A stretch of 64,000 bases of DNA from Pseudomonadota bacterium (GCA_021848325.1 JAJZUU010000008.1:3393-67392); one strand, 5' to 3'; counted from the stretch's first letter, positions 27,621-36,433 are shown. Notes: a model not told the origin generated them from the sequence alone. Numbers and translations: made by a program.

Positions 27621-27827
27621 CTAGGAGCCTGTCGGACTTAAAGGAAATCGGCTGCAAATCCGCCTGACCGGTCCATATTTCGCCGCTTTTTTGGTCAATA
27701 GAACGACTATTGACCTGCAAAATCGACAAAATCTGTCCTCGGCCAGCCGAATTTTGCGAGCAGCCGCTACGCGGCTTGCCTGCCTGACCCGCTTCGCTTC
27801 GATTCTTCAAGTCCGACAGGCTCCTAG
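27621..27827 (-). mobile_element. MITE-1 copy 2 (207 bp, inverted relative to copy 1)
   Basis: Full-length match to copy 1 with a few substitutions. CTAG at both ends. It begins 2 nt after the Gx transporter stop codon. Confidence 0.9.
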
Positions 27828-28114
27828 AAACGGTAGTTGGCCGGGTTGGAGTGTGCGGTTTACGGGGTGCAGAGCAAGGCGTAACGAGAGCGTGGCTGTT
27901 GCCGCTTCAGCGGCTTTACAGCCACGGCCTACCCCTCGCGGGTACGCGGAATGGTTGTTCCATTCCAAGGAGTTACAACGTAGCCATGCGCCCCGTAAAT
28001 TGTGCAATCCGACCCGTAGCGGGCTCACCAAACGGGTGAACCCTGAAATCAGGAATAAGCGGCCTTGAATCATGATGTTGAAACCTCAATGGAGCGGTCA
28101 ACCGCCGTTTCTAG
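27824..28114 (+). mobile_element. Repeat family 2, long form (291 bp MITE-like element with about 20-bp imperfect TIRs, CTAG at both ends)
   Basis: The left end ctagaaacggtagttggccg matches the reverse complement of the right end, ctagaaacggcggttgaccg, at 17 of 20 positions. The interior is rich in local hairpins (gtggctgt/acagccac enclosing gccgc-ttca-gcggc; ggaatgg-ttgtt-ccattcc; tttacgggg/ccccgtaaa). It shares its left CTAG with MITE-1 copy 2. Confidence 0.65.
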
Positions 28115-28115
28115 G

Positions 28116-28790
28116 ATGAAGCCGGGGTACGCGGCCCTCGGCGCATTGGGCCTGGTCTTGCTCGCCGCCGCCGCGAACGCCGCGGACTGGGTCAAGGTGG
28201 CGGGGCTGCCCCGGGGGGACGAATGCTACTACGACCGTTCCAAGCTGATTTTCAGCGGAGACCAGATCAGCTATTGGAAGAAGGTGGTGTTCCGCATCCC
28301 GCAACCGATGCAAAACGGGCTCGCAGCCAGCGGCCTGTTCCGGGAACAGATCGACTGTGCCCAACACAACCTGAAGCTGATCAGCTACCTGTTCTATTCC
28401 CCGGAAGGCCAGGTGATCGAATACGTGGCCAACGCCAAGGGGGAGGCCACCCCCATCATTCCCGACTCCCTGGGCGACGCCTTCGAAAAAACCATGTGTC
28501 CGATGGTCCGGCAAAGACGGGAGGATCTGCAGCGCAAGCAGGTGAAGGCGGAGGCCGAACGCGCCGCCCGGGAGGCAGCCGAGCCGGGCCCCTGTGCCGA
28601 ACCGCCGAGCTGCAAACAACAGGCCGCTCCCCCACAGAAGACGGGCACCGCGCCCCACGGGCCGGCGAGCCAACCGGCCCCGTCCCCTTCCTGCGGCAAC
28701 CGGCAGGACGGCCCCGGAGCGGAGAAACATTTGAGCGCCCCGCCCCCCTGCCCTACAATGGACCCCTCGACGAAAGCCGAAAAGCGATAA
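28116..28790 (+). CDS. Secreted protein, surface-adhesin-E-like N-terminal domain with Pro/Ala-rich tail
   Basis: Signal peptide (MKPGYAALGALGLVLLAAAANA). The stretch DWVKV...YYDRSKLIFSGDQISYWKKVVF...IDCAQHNLKLISYLFYSPEG resembles the adhesin E fold family. The C-terminus is low-complexity. Confidence 0.5.
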   Translation: MKPGYAALGALGLVLLAAAANAADWVKVAGLPRGDECYYDRSKLIFSGDQISYWKKVVFRIPQPMQNGLAASGLFREQIDCAQHNLKLISYLFYSPEGQVIEYVANAKGEATPIIPDSLGDAFEKTMCPMVRQRREDLQRKQVKAEAERAAREAAEPGPCAEPPSCKQQAAPPQKTGTAPHGPASQPAPSPSCGNRQDGPGAEKHLSAPPPCPTMDPSTKAEKR

Positions 28791-28824
28791 ACGCCGCCTT
28801 CCTCGGCGGCCGCCCTCACGCCCG

Positions 28825-29457
28825 GTGCCCATGAACACGACCCGAACCATTACCCTTGCCCTCACCGGCGCCTCCGGCATGTCCTACGCCATCCGCCTGC
28901 TGGAGCATCTGCTCGGCGCCGGACACAGGGTTTACCTGCTCTACTCGCAAGTCGCCCAGATCGTGGCCAGGCAGGAGATGGACCTCGCTCTGCCGGGGCG
29001 CAGCCGCGAGCTGGAGGCCTATCTGAACGACCGCTTCCAGGCGCAGCCCGGTTTGCTTTCCGTATTCGGCCGCGAGGAATGGTTCGCGCCGGTGGCCTCC
29101 GGTTCCAACCCGGCCGACGCCATGGTGGTCTGCCCCTGCACCATGGGCACCCTGGCGGCCATCGCCCAGGGGCTGAGCGACAACCTGATCGAGCGCGCGG
29201 CGGACGTCATGCTGAAGGAGGGCCGCAAGCTGGTGCTGGTGCCCAGGGAGACGCCGCTGTCCGCGATCCACCTGGAGAACATGCTGAAGCTCGCGCGGCT
29301 GGGCTGCGTGATCCTGCCCGCCAACCCGGGTTTCTACCACCACCCGCAAACGGTGCAGGACCTGGTCGATTTCGTCGTGGCGCGCATCCTGGACCATCTT
29401 GCCGTACCCCATGCCCTGGGGCCCCGCTGGGGGGCAGACACCCCGGCAGGGGAGTGA
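28825..29457 (+). CDS. ubiX: Flavin prenyltransferase UbiX
   Basis: ITLALTGASGMSYAIRLLE..., MVVCPCTMGTLAAIAQGLSDNLIERAADV, LVLVPRETPL. Confidence 0.9.
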   Translation: MPMNTTRTITLALTGASGMSYAIRLLEHLLGAGHRVYLLYSQVAQIVARQEMDLALPGRSRELEAYLNDRFQAQPGLLSVFGREEWFAPVASGSNPADAMVVCPCTMGTLAAIAQGLSDNLIERAADVMLKEGRKLVLVPRETPLSAIHLENMLKLARLGCVILPANPGFYHHPQTVQDLVDFVVARILDHLAVPHALGPRWGADTPAGE

Positions 29458-29465
29458 GCCTGCGG

Positions 29466-30119
29466 ATGGCGGATATCAAGACGTGGCTGCGCCGCAACCT
29501 GCCCCTGCTGTTCGATAAGGAAAACGCCGTGCACGCCATGGAAATACCCGTCTTCCCCCTCCACACCGTGTTATTTCCGGGAGGGGCCCTGCCGCTGCGG
29601 GTGTTCGAGCAACGCTACATGGACATGGCCAAGGACTGCCTGCGAGAGGAAAGGCCGTTCGGGGTCTGTCTGATCAAGGAGGGCGAGGCGGTAGGCGCCC
29701 CGGCGGTCCCCGAGTCCATCGGCTGCCTGGCGCGCATCGGCGGCTGGGATATGCACCAGATCGGGGTGCTGAACCTTAAGGTCGTCGGCCTGCAACGGTT
29801 CTGCATCCAGCATCAGAGGACCGGGGAAAACGGCCTGATCACGGCCGGGGTCCTCACCATTGCCGCGGAACCGGCGCAGCAGATAGCGCCCTCACTGCAG
29901 GCCTGCGTCACCGTCCTGCGGCACATTATCGGGCAGATGGGCGAGGACAAGTTCGAGCCGCCCCTGCAGTTCGAGGACGCGGCATGGGTCGGCTACCGCC
30001 TGGCGGAAGTGCTGCCGCTCAAGCTGCGGGTGAAGCAAAGCATGCTGGAAATGAACGACAGCGCGATGCGCCTGGAAATCCTGAAAGACTTCCTGGTGCG
30101 CCAGGGCCTGGCCGTCTAG
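29466..30119 (+). CDS. LON peptidase N-terminal (substrate-binding) domain protein
   Basis: IPVFPLHTVLFPGGALPLRVFEQRYMDM, the typical stand-alone Lon-N domain. The TAG stop codon lies inside the CTAG of MITE-1 copy 3. Confidence 0.8.
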   Translation: MADIKTWLRRNLPLLFDKENAVHAMEIPVFPLHTVLFPGGALPLRVFEQRYMDMAKDCLREERPFGVCLIKEGEAVGAPAVPESIGCLARIGGWDMHQIGVLNLKVVGLQRFCIQHQRTGENGLITAGVLTIAAEPAQQIAPSLQACVTVLRHIIGQMGEDKFEPPLQFEDAAWVGYRLAEVLPLKLRVKQSMLEMNDSAMRLEILKDFLVRQGLAV

Positions 30120-30322
30120 GAGCCTGTCGGACTTGAAGAATCGAAGCGAAGCGGGTCAGGCAGGCAAGCCGCGTAGCGGCTGCTCGCAAAATTCGGCTGG
30201 TCGAGGACAGATTTTGTCGATTTTGCAGGTCAATAGTCGTTCTATTGACCAAAAAAGCGGCGAAATATGGACCGGTCAGGCGGATTTGCAGCCGATTTCC
30301 TTTAAGTCCGACAGGCTCCTAG
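30116..30322 (+). mobile_element. MITE-1 copy 3 (207 bp)
   Basis: Full-length copy with CTAG at both ends. It fills the whole spacer between two convergent genes. Confidence 0.9.
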
Positions 30323-30324
30323 CC

Positions 30325-31506
30325 CTATTCCACCGGATAGCCACTCGCCTTCCACGCCGGATACCCGCCACGGAACCAGTAGACCTTGCGGTAGCCGTTT
30401 TTCACCGCCACCCTGGCGCTCTTGTAACTCTTCCAGCATTCCGGCCCGTTGCACGCAAAGATGATCGGCGCCTGCTTATCCTTGGGCAGCCGGCTCAAAT
30501 CGAAGCTATCCAGCGACGGGTCGAAGCCGACCTCCTTGGCGCTGTTTTCCTTGTACGGCACGCTCACCGCCCCCTTGATATGGCCTTCCTGGTACTCGTA
30601 GGCCACACGCACGTCGAACAGCGGCACACCCTTTTCCATCATCGTCTTGGCCTGGACTGCGTCGATCACCGTGGCCCCCGGCAGCACCTTGGGAGTGAAG
30701 TAGCCGAGGGTGGACACATGCTGGAAATCTTCCCGCGTCGCGGTCACGAAGCCGATGGTATGCAGGCGGCGCAGGAGCGGCGCCTCCGGGGATGCCTTCA
30801 TCCGCAATAGGGCGGCGCGAATCTTTTCGCGCAGGGCGGGTGGGACAGTGGCATTGACCGCAACGCTAAGGCCGGGAACCGCCTGGCTTTCCGCGACAAT
30901 CACGCCCGGGTTCTTGGCCAGCCATTTCCTGGCCTCGCCCTCTTCCACCGCCACGATATCCGACTGGCCAATCCCCATCGCGAACAAGGCCGCGTCCTGA
31001 TAGCGGAAATGGGTCACACTGCCGAAATAGGACCTCATCGAGATGCCCTGGGCGTTGAGTTCGCCTCTGGCCAGGTAAGTCACCAGGGAATCCTGCCCGG
31101 GCAACCCCAGGCGCTTGCCCTTTGCCTGCGCCAGGGTGCGGATATGGGCGCTTTCCGGCGCCACGAACACCGCCTTCTTGCTTTCCGCAAATCTCGCCAC
31201 CGGCTCGTAGCCGTATTTCAGGGCGCTGCCGATCACATGGGCGGGGGCAAGCAAGATGGCGTAATAGCCGGTGCGCGTGTGCTGAAGCGCGGTGGTGGCA
31301 TCCTGCCCCACGACCAGTTTGATGGAAGCGCCGGTCGCCTTGCCCAGATAGTCCGTCAGGGCCTGGTAGTTCTGCTGCGTGTCCAGCAGCCCGAGTTCCT
31401 CGGCCCCTCCCAGGTTGACGCTGAACAACAGGCTTTGGCCGGCCGCGAGCGGCGGCAGGGCAAGCAAACTGAGCAATGCACACAAGACCAGAACAGCCTT
31501 TTTCAT
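30325..31506 (-). CDS. Periplasmic PhnD/SsuA-type substrate-binding domain fused to a C-terminal rhodanese-like domain
   Basis: Signal peptide (MKKAVLVLCALLSLLALPPLAAG). The PhnD-like core is present (YYAILLAPAHVIGSALKYGYEPVARF, KGKRLGLPGQDSLVTYL). The C-terminus is rhodanese-like (VPLFDVRVAYEYQEGHIKGAVSVPY...IIFACNGPECWKSYKSARVAVKNGYRKVYWFRGGYPAWK). Confidence 0.7.
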   Translation of the reverse strand: MKKAVLVLCALLSLLALPPLAAGQSLLFSVNLGGAEELGLLDTQQNYQALTDYLGKATGASIKLVVGQDATTALQHTRTGYYAILLAPAHVIGSALKYGYEPVARFAESKKAVFVAPESAHIRTLAQAKGKRLGLPGQDSLVTYLARGELNAQGISMRSYFGSVTHFRYQDAALFAMGIGQSDIVAVEEGEARKWLAKNPGVIVAESQAVPGLSVAVNATVPPALREKIRAALLRMKASPEAPLLRRLHTIGFVTATREDFQHVSTLGYFTPKVLPGATVIDAVQAKTMMEKGVPLFDVRVAYEYQEGHIKGAVSVPYKENSAKEVGFDPSLDSFDLSRLPKDKQAPIIFACNGPECWKSYKSARVAVKNGYRKVYWFRGGYPAWKASGYPVE

Positions 31507-31633
31507 CGCCTTTCCTCCAAAACAGCCGTGATTCGCTGACAGCGTCCGCCCGAATTTGTCAAACATCTCCAACAGCCACCATTATGCCGGGCAGCACGGT
31601 GGTTACAAAGTGTTTCCTTGAGGCCGCGCTGGC

Positions 31634-32092
31634 TCAGTCGGCTGCGCTTCTTTGCAGCATGCGCATTCCGCCGATCATCCCCTCGACCCTCCGCCTGATG
31701 CCGTCTCGAATTTCGCGGTACAGCACGTCCGTGCAGGCAGCGCCGGCAGCGGGCTCGGCGCAGGGATAGAAGCGCTTCTGCACCCCGCCCGGCAAGGGGG
31801 GGCACAGGACGTCCGCCTGCGGGTCCAGAGTCACCACCAGATCGGCCCAGGACAGCAGGCGCTCGTCCAACGGGTAAAGACGCAATCCGGATATGTCGAT
31901 GCCGACTTCTTGCATGACCCGGGCCGCAAACGGCTGTGGGCGCGGCGCTGCGAGAGCCGCGGCGCGGCCGCTCAGCCATCCGCCCCCAAGGGCCCCGGCG
32001 AAGCCCGCCGCCATGATGGCGTTGCTGCCGCTGCCGCTCACAAACAGCACCCGTGCCTTGCGCTTGTAACCCAATCCCGGCCCTTCGCCCAT
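31634..32092 (-). CDS. Low-molecular-weight phosphatase / ArsC-like protein with degenerate active site
   Basis: The LMWPc-like layout is present (RVLFVSGSGSNAIMAAGF..., ADLVVTLDP), but the catalytic CxxxxxR(S/T) loop reads SGSGSNAIM. Both the Cys and the Arg are missing. Confidence 0.5.
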   Translation of the reverse strand: MGEGPGLGYKRKARVLFVSGSGSNAIMAAGFAGALGGGWLSGRAAALAAPRPQPFAARVMQEVGIDISGLRLYPLDERLLSWADLVVTLDPQADVLCPPLPGGVQKRFYPCAEPAAGAACTDVLYREIRDGIRRRVEGMIGGMRMLQRSAAD

Positions 32093-32195
32093 GCGCTATT
32101 GTGCCACGCCGCCGGTAACAAACGCATTGCCAAGGCCGGCCCGATTCACTACCTTGTAAGCAGGGGCAGCGCCACGCTGTCGAACGGAAGCCGCA

Positions 32196-33431
32196 ATGAC
32201 CATATTTCAGACCATCGCCGCCCTGCTTGTCCTGGCCGCCGCGGCCAGCTACCTCAACCACCGCTTCGTGCGCCTGCCGGCCACCATCGGACTGATGGTG
32301 ATCGCCCTGGCGTTCTCCTTGCTCCTGGTCGCACTGGGCGAGTTCGGCGTCATCGAGGTGGGAAGGGCGGCCACCCTCGTGCGCTCCATCGACTTCAGCG
32401 GCGCGCTGTTGCACGGCATGCTGGCCTTTCTGCTGTTCGCCGGGGCGCTGCACGTGGATCTGGCCGATCTGCGCAGCCAGAGCCTCCCCATCGGCGTGCT
32501 GTCCACCCTGGGCGTGCTGATCGCCACCTTCGTCAGCGGGACGCTGTTCTGGGGCGGGGCCCACCTGGCCGGGTTCGACCTGCCCCTGGTGTACGCCCTG
32601 CTGTTCGGGGCCCTGATCGCCCCCACCGACCCTATCGCCGCGCTGGGCATTCTCAAGCGGGTCGGCGCCCCCAAGAGCCTGGAGATCAAGATCACCGGCG
32701 AATCCCTGTTCAACGACGGAATCGGCGTGGTGGTGTTCCTGACCGTGCTGGATATCGCGCTGGGCCATAGCCGCCCACAGCCGGGCCCGATCGCCCTGTT
32801 CCTGCTGGAAGAGGCGGCCGGGGGCGTGGGGCTGGGCCTGATCATGGGCTGGGCGGTGTACCGCCTGCTGCGCACGGTGGACGCCTATCAGGTGGAGATC
32901 CTGCTGACCCTGGCCCTGGCGGCGGGGGGCTACACCCTGGCGGAGGCGATCCATGTCTCGGCCCCGATCGCCATCGTGGTGGCGGGGCTGGTGATCGGCA
33001 ACCACGGCCGCACCTTCGCCATGTCGGACAAGACCTGCGAACACCTGGACACCTTCTGGGAACTGGTGGACGAGATCCTGAACGCCGTCCTGTTCGTGCT
33101 GATCGGCCTGGAGGTCATCGCCATGAAGCTGGATTGGGCCTATGTACTGACCGGGGTGCTGGCCGTCGCCGCGGTCCTCATCGGGCGTTTTGCGAGCGTG
33201 GCCTTTCCGGTACTGATCATGCGCTTCCGCCAGACCTTCAGCCCGGGCACCATCAGGATCCTGACCTGGGGCGGGTTGCGCGGCGGCATCTCCATCGCCC
33301 TGGCCATCTCCCTGCCGCTGGGCCCGGAGCGAGACCTGATCCTGGCCTGTACCTATATCGTGGTAGTGTTTTCGGTGCTGGTGCAGGGCCTGACCCTGGG
33401 CCGCGTGATCGGGACCGGAAGCGCCGCCTGA
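32196..33431 (+). CDS. CPA1-family Na+/H+ antiporter (NhaP-like)
   Basis: 411 aa and about 11 TM segments. Motifs LFGALIAPTDPIA and ESLFNDGIGVVVF are typical of the Na_H_exchanger family. Confidence 0.85.
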   Translation: MTIFQTIAALLVLAAAASYLNHRFVRLPATIGLMVIALAFSLLLVALGEFGVIEVGRAATLVRSIDFSGALLHGMLAFLLFAGALHVDLADLRSQSLPIGVLSTLGVLIATFVSGTLFWGGAHLAGFDLPLVYALLFGALIAPTDPIAALGILKRVGAPKSLEIKITGESLFNDGIGVVVFLTVLDIALGHSRPQPGPIALFLLEEAAGGVGLGLIMGWAVYRLLRTVDAYQVEILLTLALAAGGYTLAEAIHVSAPIAIVVAGLVIGNHGRTFAMSDKTCEHLDTFWELVDEILNAVLFVLIGLEVIAMKLDWAYVLTGVLAVAAVLIGRFASVAFPVLIMRFRQTFSPGTIRILTWGGLRGGISIALAISLPLGPERDLILACTYIVVVFSVLVQGLTLGRVIGTGSAA

Positions 33432-33467
33432 CCTCCCGTTCTTCATAAATTTTCCGGAGCCTTCGTC

Positions 33468-34013
33468 ATGGCAAAATTTTATCTCTCGTTAAGCCAGGAA
33501 CTGCGCGCATTCATCGCCCGGCAGCAGGTCTTCTTCACCGCCACCGCGCCCCACGGCGGCCGCATCAACCTCTCGCCCAAGGGTATGGACAGCCTGCGCG
33601 TCCTGGACGATACAACGGTGGCCTATCTGGACGTCACCGGCAGCGGCAACGAGACCGCCGCCCACCTTGGACAGAACGGGCGCATGACCATCATGTTCTG
33701 CAGCTTCGCCGAGGCCCCGCTCATCCTGCGCCTGTACGGCCGGGGACGCGCGATCAGGCCGCGGGACCGCGAGTGGGGCGAACTCTACCCGAGATTTGCG
33801 CCGCTGCCCGGGGAGCGCCAGATCATCCTGCTGGAGATCGGGTCGGTACAGACCTCCTGCGGCTACGGGGTGCCCCTATACGAATACCGGGGCGAACGGG
33901 ATACCCTTGCGCGCTGGGTTGAGAAAAAGGGAAAACAGGGTATTCTGGAATATTGGCGCGAGAAAAACCGGGTAAGCATCGACGGCCTGCCCACCGGCCT
34001 GCTCCCCGAGTGA
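33468..34013 (+). CDS. Pyridoxamine 5'-phosphate oxidase family protein
   Basis: QQVFFTATAPHGGRINLSPKGMDSLRVLD... is typical of the PNPOx-like split-barrel family. Confidence 0.75.
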   Translation: MAKFYLSLSQELRAFIARQQVFFTATAPHGGRINLSPKGMDSLRVLDDTTVAYLDVTGSGNETAAHLGQNGRMTIMFCSFAEAPLILRLYGRGRAIRPRDREWGELYPRFAPLPGERQIILLEIGSVQTSCGYGVPLYEYRGERDTLARWVEKKGKQGILEYWREKNRVSIDGLPTGLLPE

Positions 34014-34050
34014 CCCGGAAAACATGCACCCCCAGGAAAGGATAAAGATC

Positions 34051-34272
34051 GTGAAAATTCGCTGGCTGGCCCCCATCCTGCTCACGCCGATCGCCCTGGG
34101 CGCGTGCGAGGAGAAACCCTACAAACCGCCGACGCCCCATACCGACCCGAAACCCCAATCGGCGCTCATGCACGACCAGACCCAGGCGCTGGAAAAAGCC
34201 AAGGGGGTGGAACAACTGGTCCGGCGGCAAGACCAGGACGCGCGCGGGGACGTCGACCGGGCGAGCCGGTGA
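34051..34272 (+). CDS. Small lipoprotein (73 aa)
   Basis: GTG 34051 has an AAGGA SD upstream. Signal with lipobox (IALGAC). The ORF is open from ATG 34024. No family recognised. Confidence 0.4.
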   Translation: MKIRWLAPILLTPIALGACEEKPYKPPTPHTDPKPQSALMHDQTQALEKAKGVEQLVRRQDQDARGDVDRASR

Positions 34273-34279
34273 ACTTCCC

Positions 34280-35014
34280 CTACCCGTCGCCTTCCAGCAG
34301 CCGCTGGATCACCGCCCCGGCCAGCATCAAGCCGAAGATCGGCGGCATGTAGCTGATGGTACCGTTGACCGCCCGCGGCCTGCCGGGGCCCTCCACCGGC
34401 TGCGGCGGCAAGGGCGCGCTGGAAGGCTCGTCGGAAAATACCGTGAGCACCCCCTGGCGGATGCCGTGGCGCTGCAGGCGCTTGCGCATCACCCGGGCCA
34501 GCGGGCACATCCGGGTCTTGCTGATGTCGGCCAGTTGGATGCGCGAGGGGTCCAGCTTGTTACCCGCGCCCATGCTGGAGGCCACCTTCAATCCCCGGTG
34601 ACAGCAGGACACCACCAGGGCCACCTTGCACGCCAGGGAGTCTATGGCGTCGATCACGTAATCGGCATCCGCCGGCACCTGGTCGTGCACGTTTTCCGTG
34701 GTCAGGAACACCCGCAGGATGCGCACCTCGCACTGGGGGTTGATGTCGTGGATGCGTGCCAGCATCAGCTCCGCCTTGGACTGGCCAACGGTGGAGAGCA
34801 GGGCGGGCAACTGGCGATTGATATTGCTGGGGGCCACCACGTCATGATCCACCAGGGTCAGCCGCCCGATGCCGGCCCGCGCCAGCGCCTCCGCACAATA
34901 GGAGCCGACCCCGCCCAGACCGGCCAGGAACACGTGCCTGGAGGCAAGCTTGCGCAAGCCTTCATCGCCCAGCAGGATGTGGGTACGCTCGAATTGCGGC
35001 GGCGTCGGATGCAT
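34280..35014 (-). CDS. tcdA: tRNA threonylcarbamoyladenosine dehydratase (ThiF/E1-like)
   Basis: FERTHILLGDEGLRKLASRHVFLAGLGGVGSYCAEALARAGIGRLTLVDHDVVAPSNINRQ. Confidence 0.85.
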   Translation of the reverse strand: MHPTPPQFERTHILLGDEGLRKLASRHVFLAGLGGVGSYCAEALARAGIGRLTLVDHDVVAPSNINRQLPALLSTVGQSKAELMLARIHDINPQCEVRILRVFLTTENVHDQVPADADYVIDAIDSLACKVALVVSCCHRGLKVASSMGAGNKLDPSRIQLADISKTRMCPLARVMRKRLQRHGIRQGVLTVFSDEPSSAPLPPQPVEGPGRPRAVNGTISYMPPIFGLMLAGAVIQRLLEGDG

Positions 35015-35026
35015 GGCGTATCTGTG

Positions 35027-36316
35027 CTACGAATTTTGCTCGGCGGCCCCGGGCGCCAACTCCGGTCGCCCGCCCCATCTGCGGTAAAACCACTTCAGGA
35101 CGAACGGCGGCAGCACCGTGGTCAGGGCGATCACGATCAGCAAGGCGGCGTACAATTCGCCGTTCAGGATGCCGTTGGAGTAGCCCAACTGGGCGAAGAT
35201 CAGGCCCACCTCGCCCCGCGGAATCATGGAAAGTCCGATCACCGACTGGCGCAGGCGGCTCTCCCGGATGCAGAACCCGGCCGCCCATTTCCCGGCCACC
35301 GCCACCGCCGCCAAGGCCAGGGACAACTGCCACACCAGAGGCGACCCCCAGTCGACGGCGCGCAGATTGAGGGAGACGCCCACCATCACGAAAAACATCG
35401 GGGTGAAGGCGTGGATCAGGGGCCGCATCTGGCTTTCCAGCCGCTGGGCCAGCTCCGGGCTGGCCGACAGCAGGCGGTTGAGGGCCGGGGTGAAGGGGAC
35501 CCGCAGCCGTTGCGCGATGCTCACCCGGAAGCGCTGCCCCATGGCGATGCCGGCAGCGAAGCCCCCCATGATCTCGGGCGCCCCCACCACGTGCGCCAGG
35601 TAGCTGGACAGCAGGATCAGGCTCAGCACCATGGTGAGCAGCAGCCCCGGCGAGGCGCTGCGCTTGTCGAAGTGGTCGATCACTTCCGCCATCAGCTTGG
35701 CAGCCAGCGGGGCGAGCAGCATGAACAGGACGATGTACAGGCTCACCTGGCCGATCGAGCCGGCGGTGATCTGCCCCAGCACGGCGAACTGGTAGAGGAA
35801 GGCCAGGGCGATCACCCCCAGGATGTCGTCCAGCACCGCCGCGCCGATCACGATCTGCGCCTCGTCCGAGGAGCGACGCCGCAGGTCGGACAGCACCCGC
35901 ACCGTGATGCCGATGCTGGTGGCAGTGAGCGTGCCCCCGATGAGCAGGCTGGCGAGACTGGGCATCCCGAACAGATAGCGGCTCACCGCAAAGCCCGCGC
36001 CGAACGGCAAAACGAAGCCCACCAGGGCCACGATGATCGGCTTGGCGCCGGTCTTGGCCAGACGGAACACGTCGGTATCCATCCCCACCTCGAACAGCAG
36101 CAGGATGATGCCGATCTCGGCCAGCAGTTTCATGGTCTGGTCGGGAGACACCAGCCCCAGCAGGGAGGGGCCGAGCACCAGCCCCGCCAGCAGCTCGCCG
36201 ATCACCGCCGGCACCCCCAGCCGCACCGCCACCTCCGAAAACAACCGTGCGGCCAGCATGATAACTGCGAGGTAAAGAAAGAAATCGTGTAATTGCACGG
36301 ATGTGGCCTTGTTCAA
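35027..36316 (-). CDS. CPA2-family cation:proton antiporter (no RCK domain)
   Basis: FFLYLAVIMLAARLFSEVAVRLGVPAVIGELLAGLVLGPSLLG; 12 TM segments. Confidence 0.85.
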   Translation of the reverse strand: MNKATSVQLHDFFLYLAVIMLAARLFSEVAVRLGVPAVIGELLAGLVLGPSLLGLVSPDQTMKLLAEIGIILLLFEVGMDTDVFRLAKTGAKPIIVALVGFVLPFGAGFAVSRYLFGMPSLASLLIGGTLTATSIGITVRVLSDLRRRSSDEAQIVIGAAVLDDILGVIALAFLYQFAVLGQITAGSIGQVSLYIVLFMLLAPLAAKLMAEVIDHFDKRSASPGLLLTMVLSLILLSSYLAHVVGAPEIMGGFAAGIAMGQRFRVSIAQRLRVPFTPALNRLLSASPELAQRLESQMRPLIHAFTPMFFVMVGVSLNLRAVDWGSPLVWQLSLALAAVAVAGKWAAGFCIRESRLRQSVIGLSMIPRGEVGLIFAQLGYSNGILNGELYAALLIVIALTTVLPPFVLKWFYRRWGGRPELAPGAAEQNS

Positions 36317-36433
36317 GTGTGCGTGCCGGCCCCCGGCCGGACTGCTTCGGTATGCAAGCCACGGGCCGGGCGCGGCGCGCGTCGGCCCCTTCGTCTCATG
36401 GGGGCAAGGCGGGAGAAGGAAGTCGCCGCCCCC

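Noticed and set aside
27621-27827. The TTGACC inside MITE-1 might act as an outward-facing or internal -35 promoter element.
   Set aside because: No acceptable -10 hexamer lies at 16-18 bp spacing on either strand.
27824-28114. The structured 291-nt element might be a retron msr/msd, a group II intron fragment or a transposon-associated guide RNA. It has a GTGCG near its 5' end, nested hairpins and gttgaaac motifs.
   Set aside because: There is no reverse transcriptase, TnpB/IscB or recombinase gene nearby. I could not find a domain V-like hairpin. Terminal inverted repeats plus CTAG flanks fit a MITE better. I keep it as a finding only at the level of a repeat family or possible RNA.
31507-31633. 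A possible Pho box (ctgtcagcgaatcacgg on the minus strand) upstream of the PhnD-rhodanese gene.
   Set aside because: Only one good 7-mer half-site is present, and there is no properly spaced -10 element.
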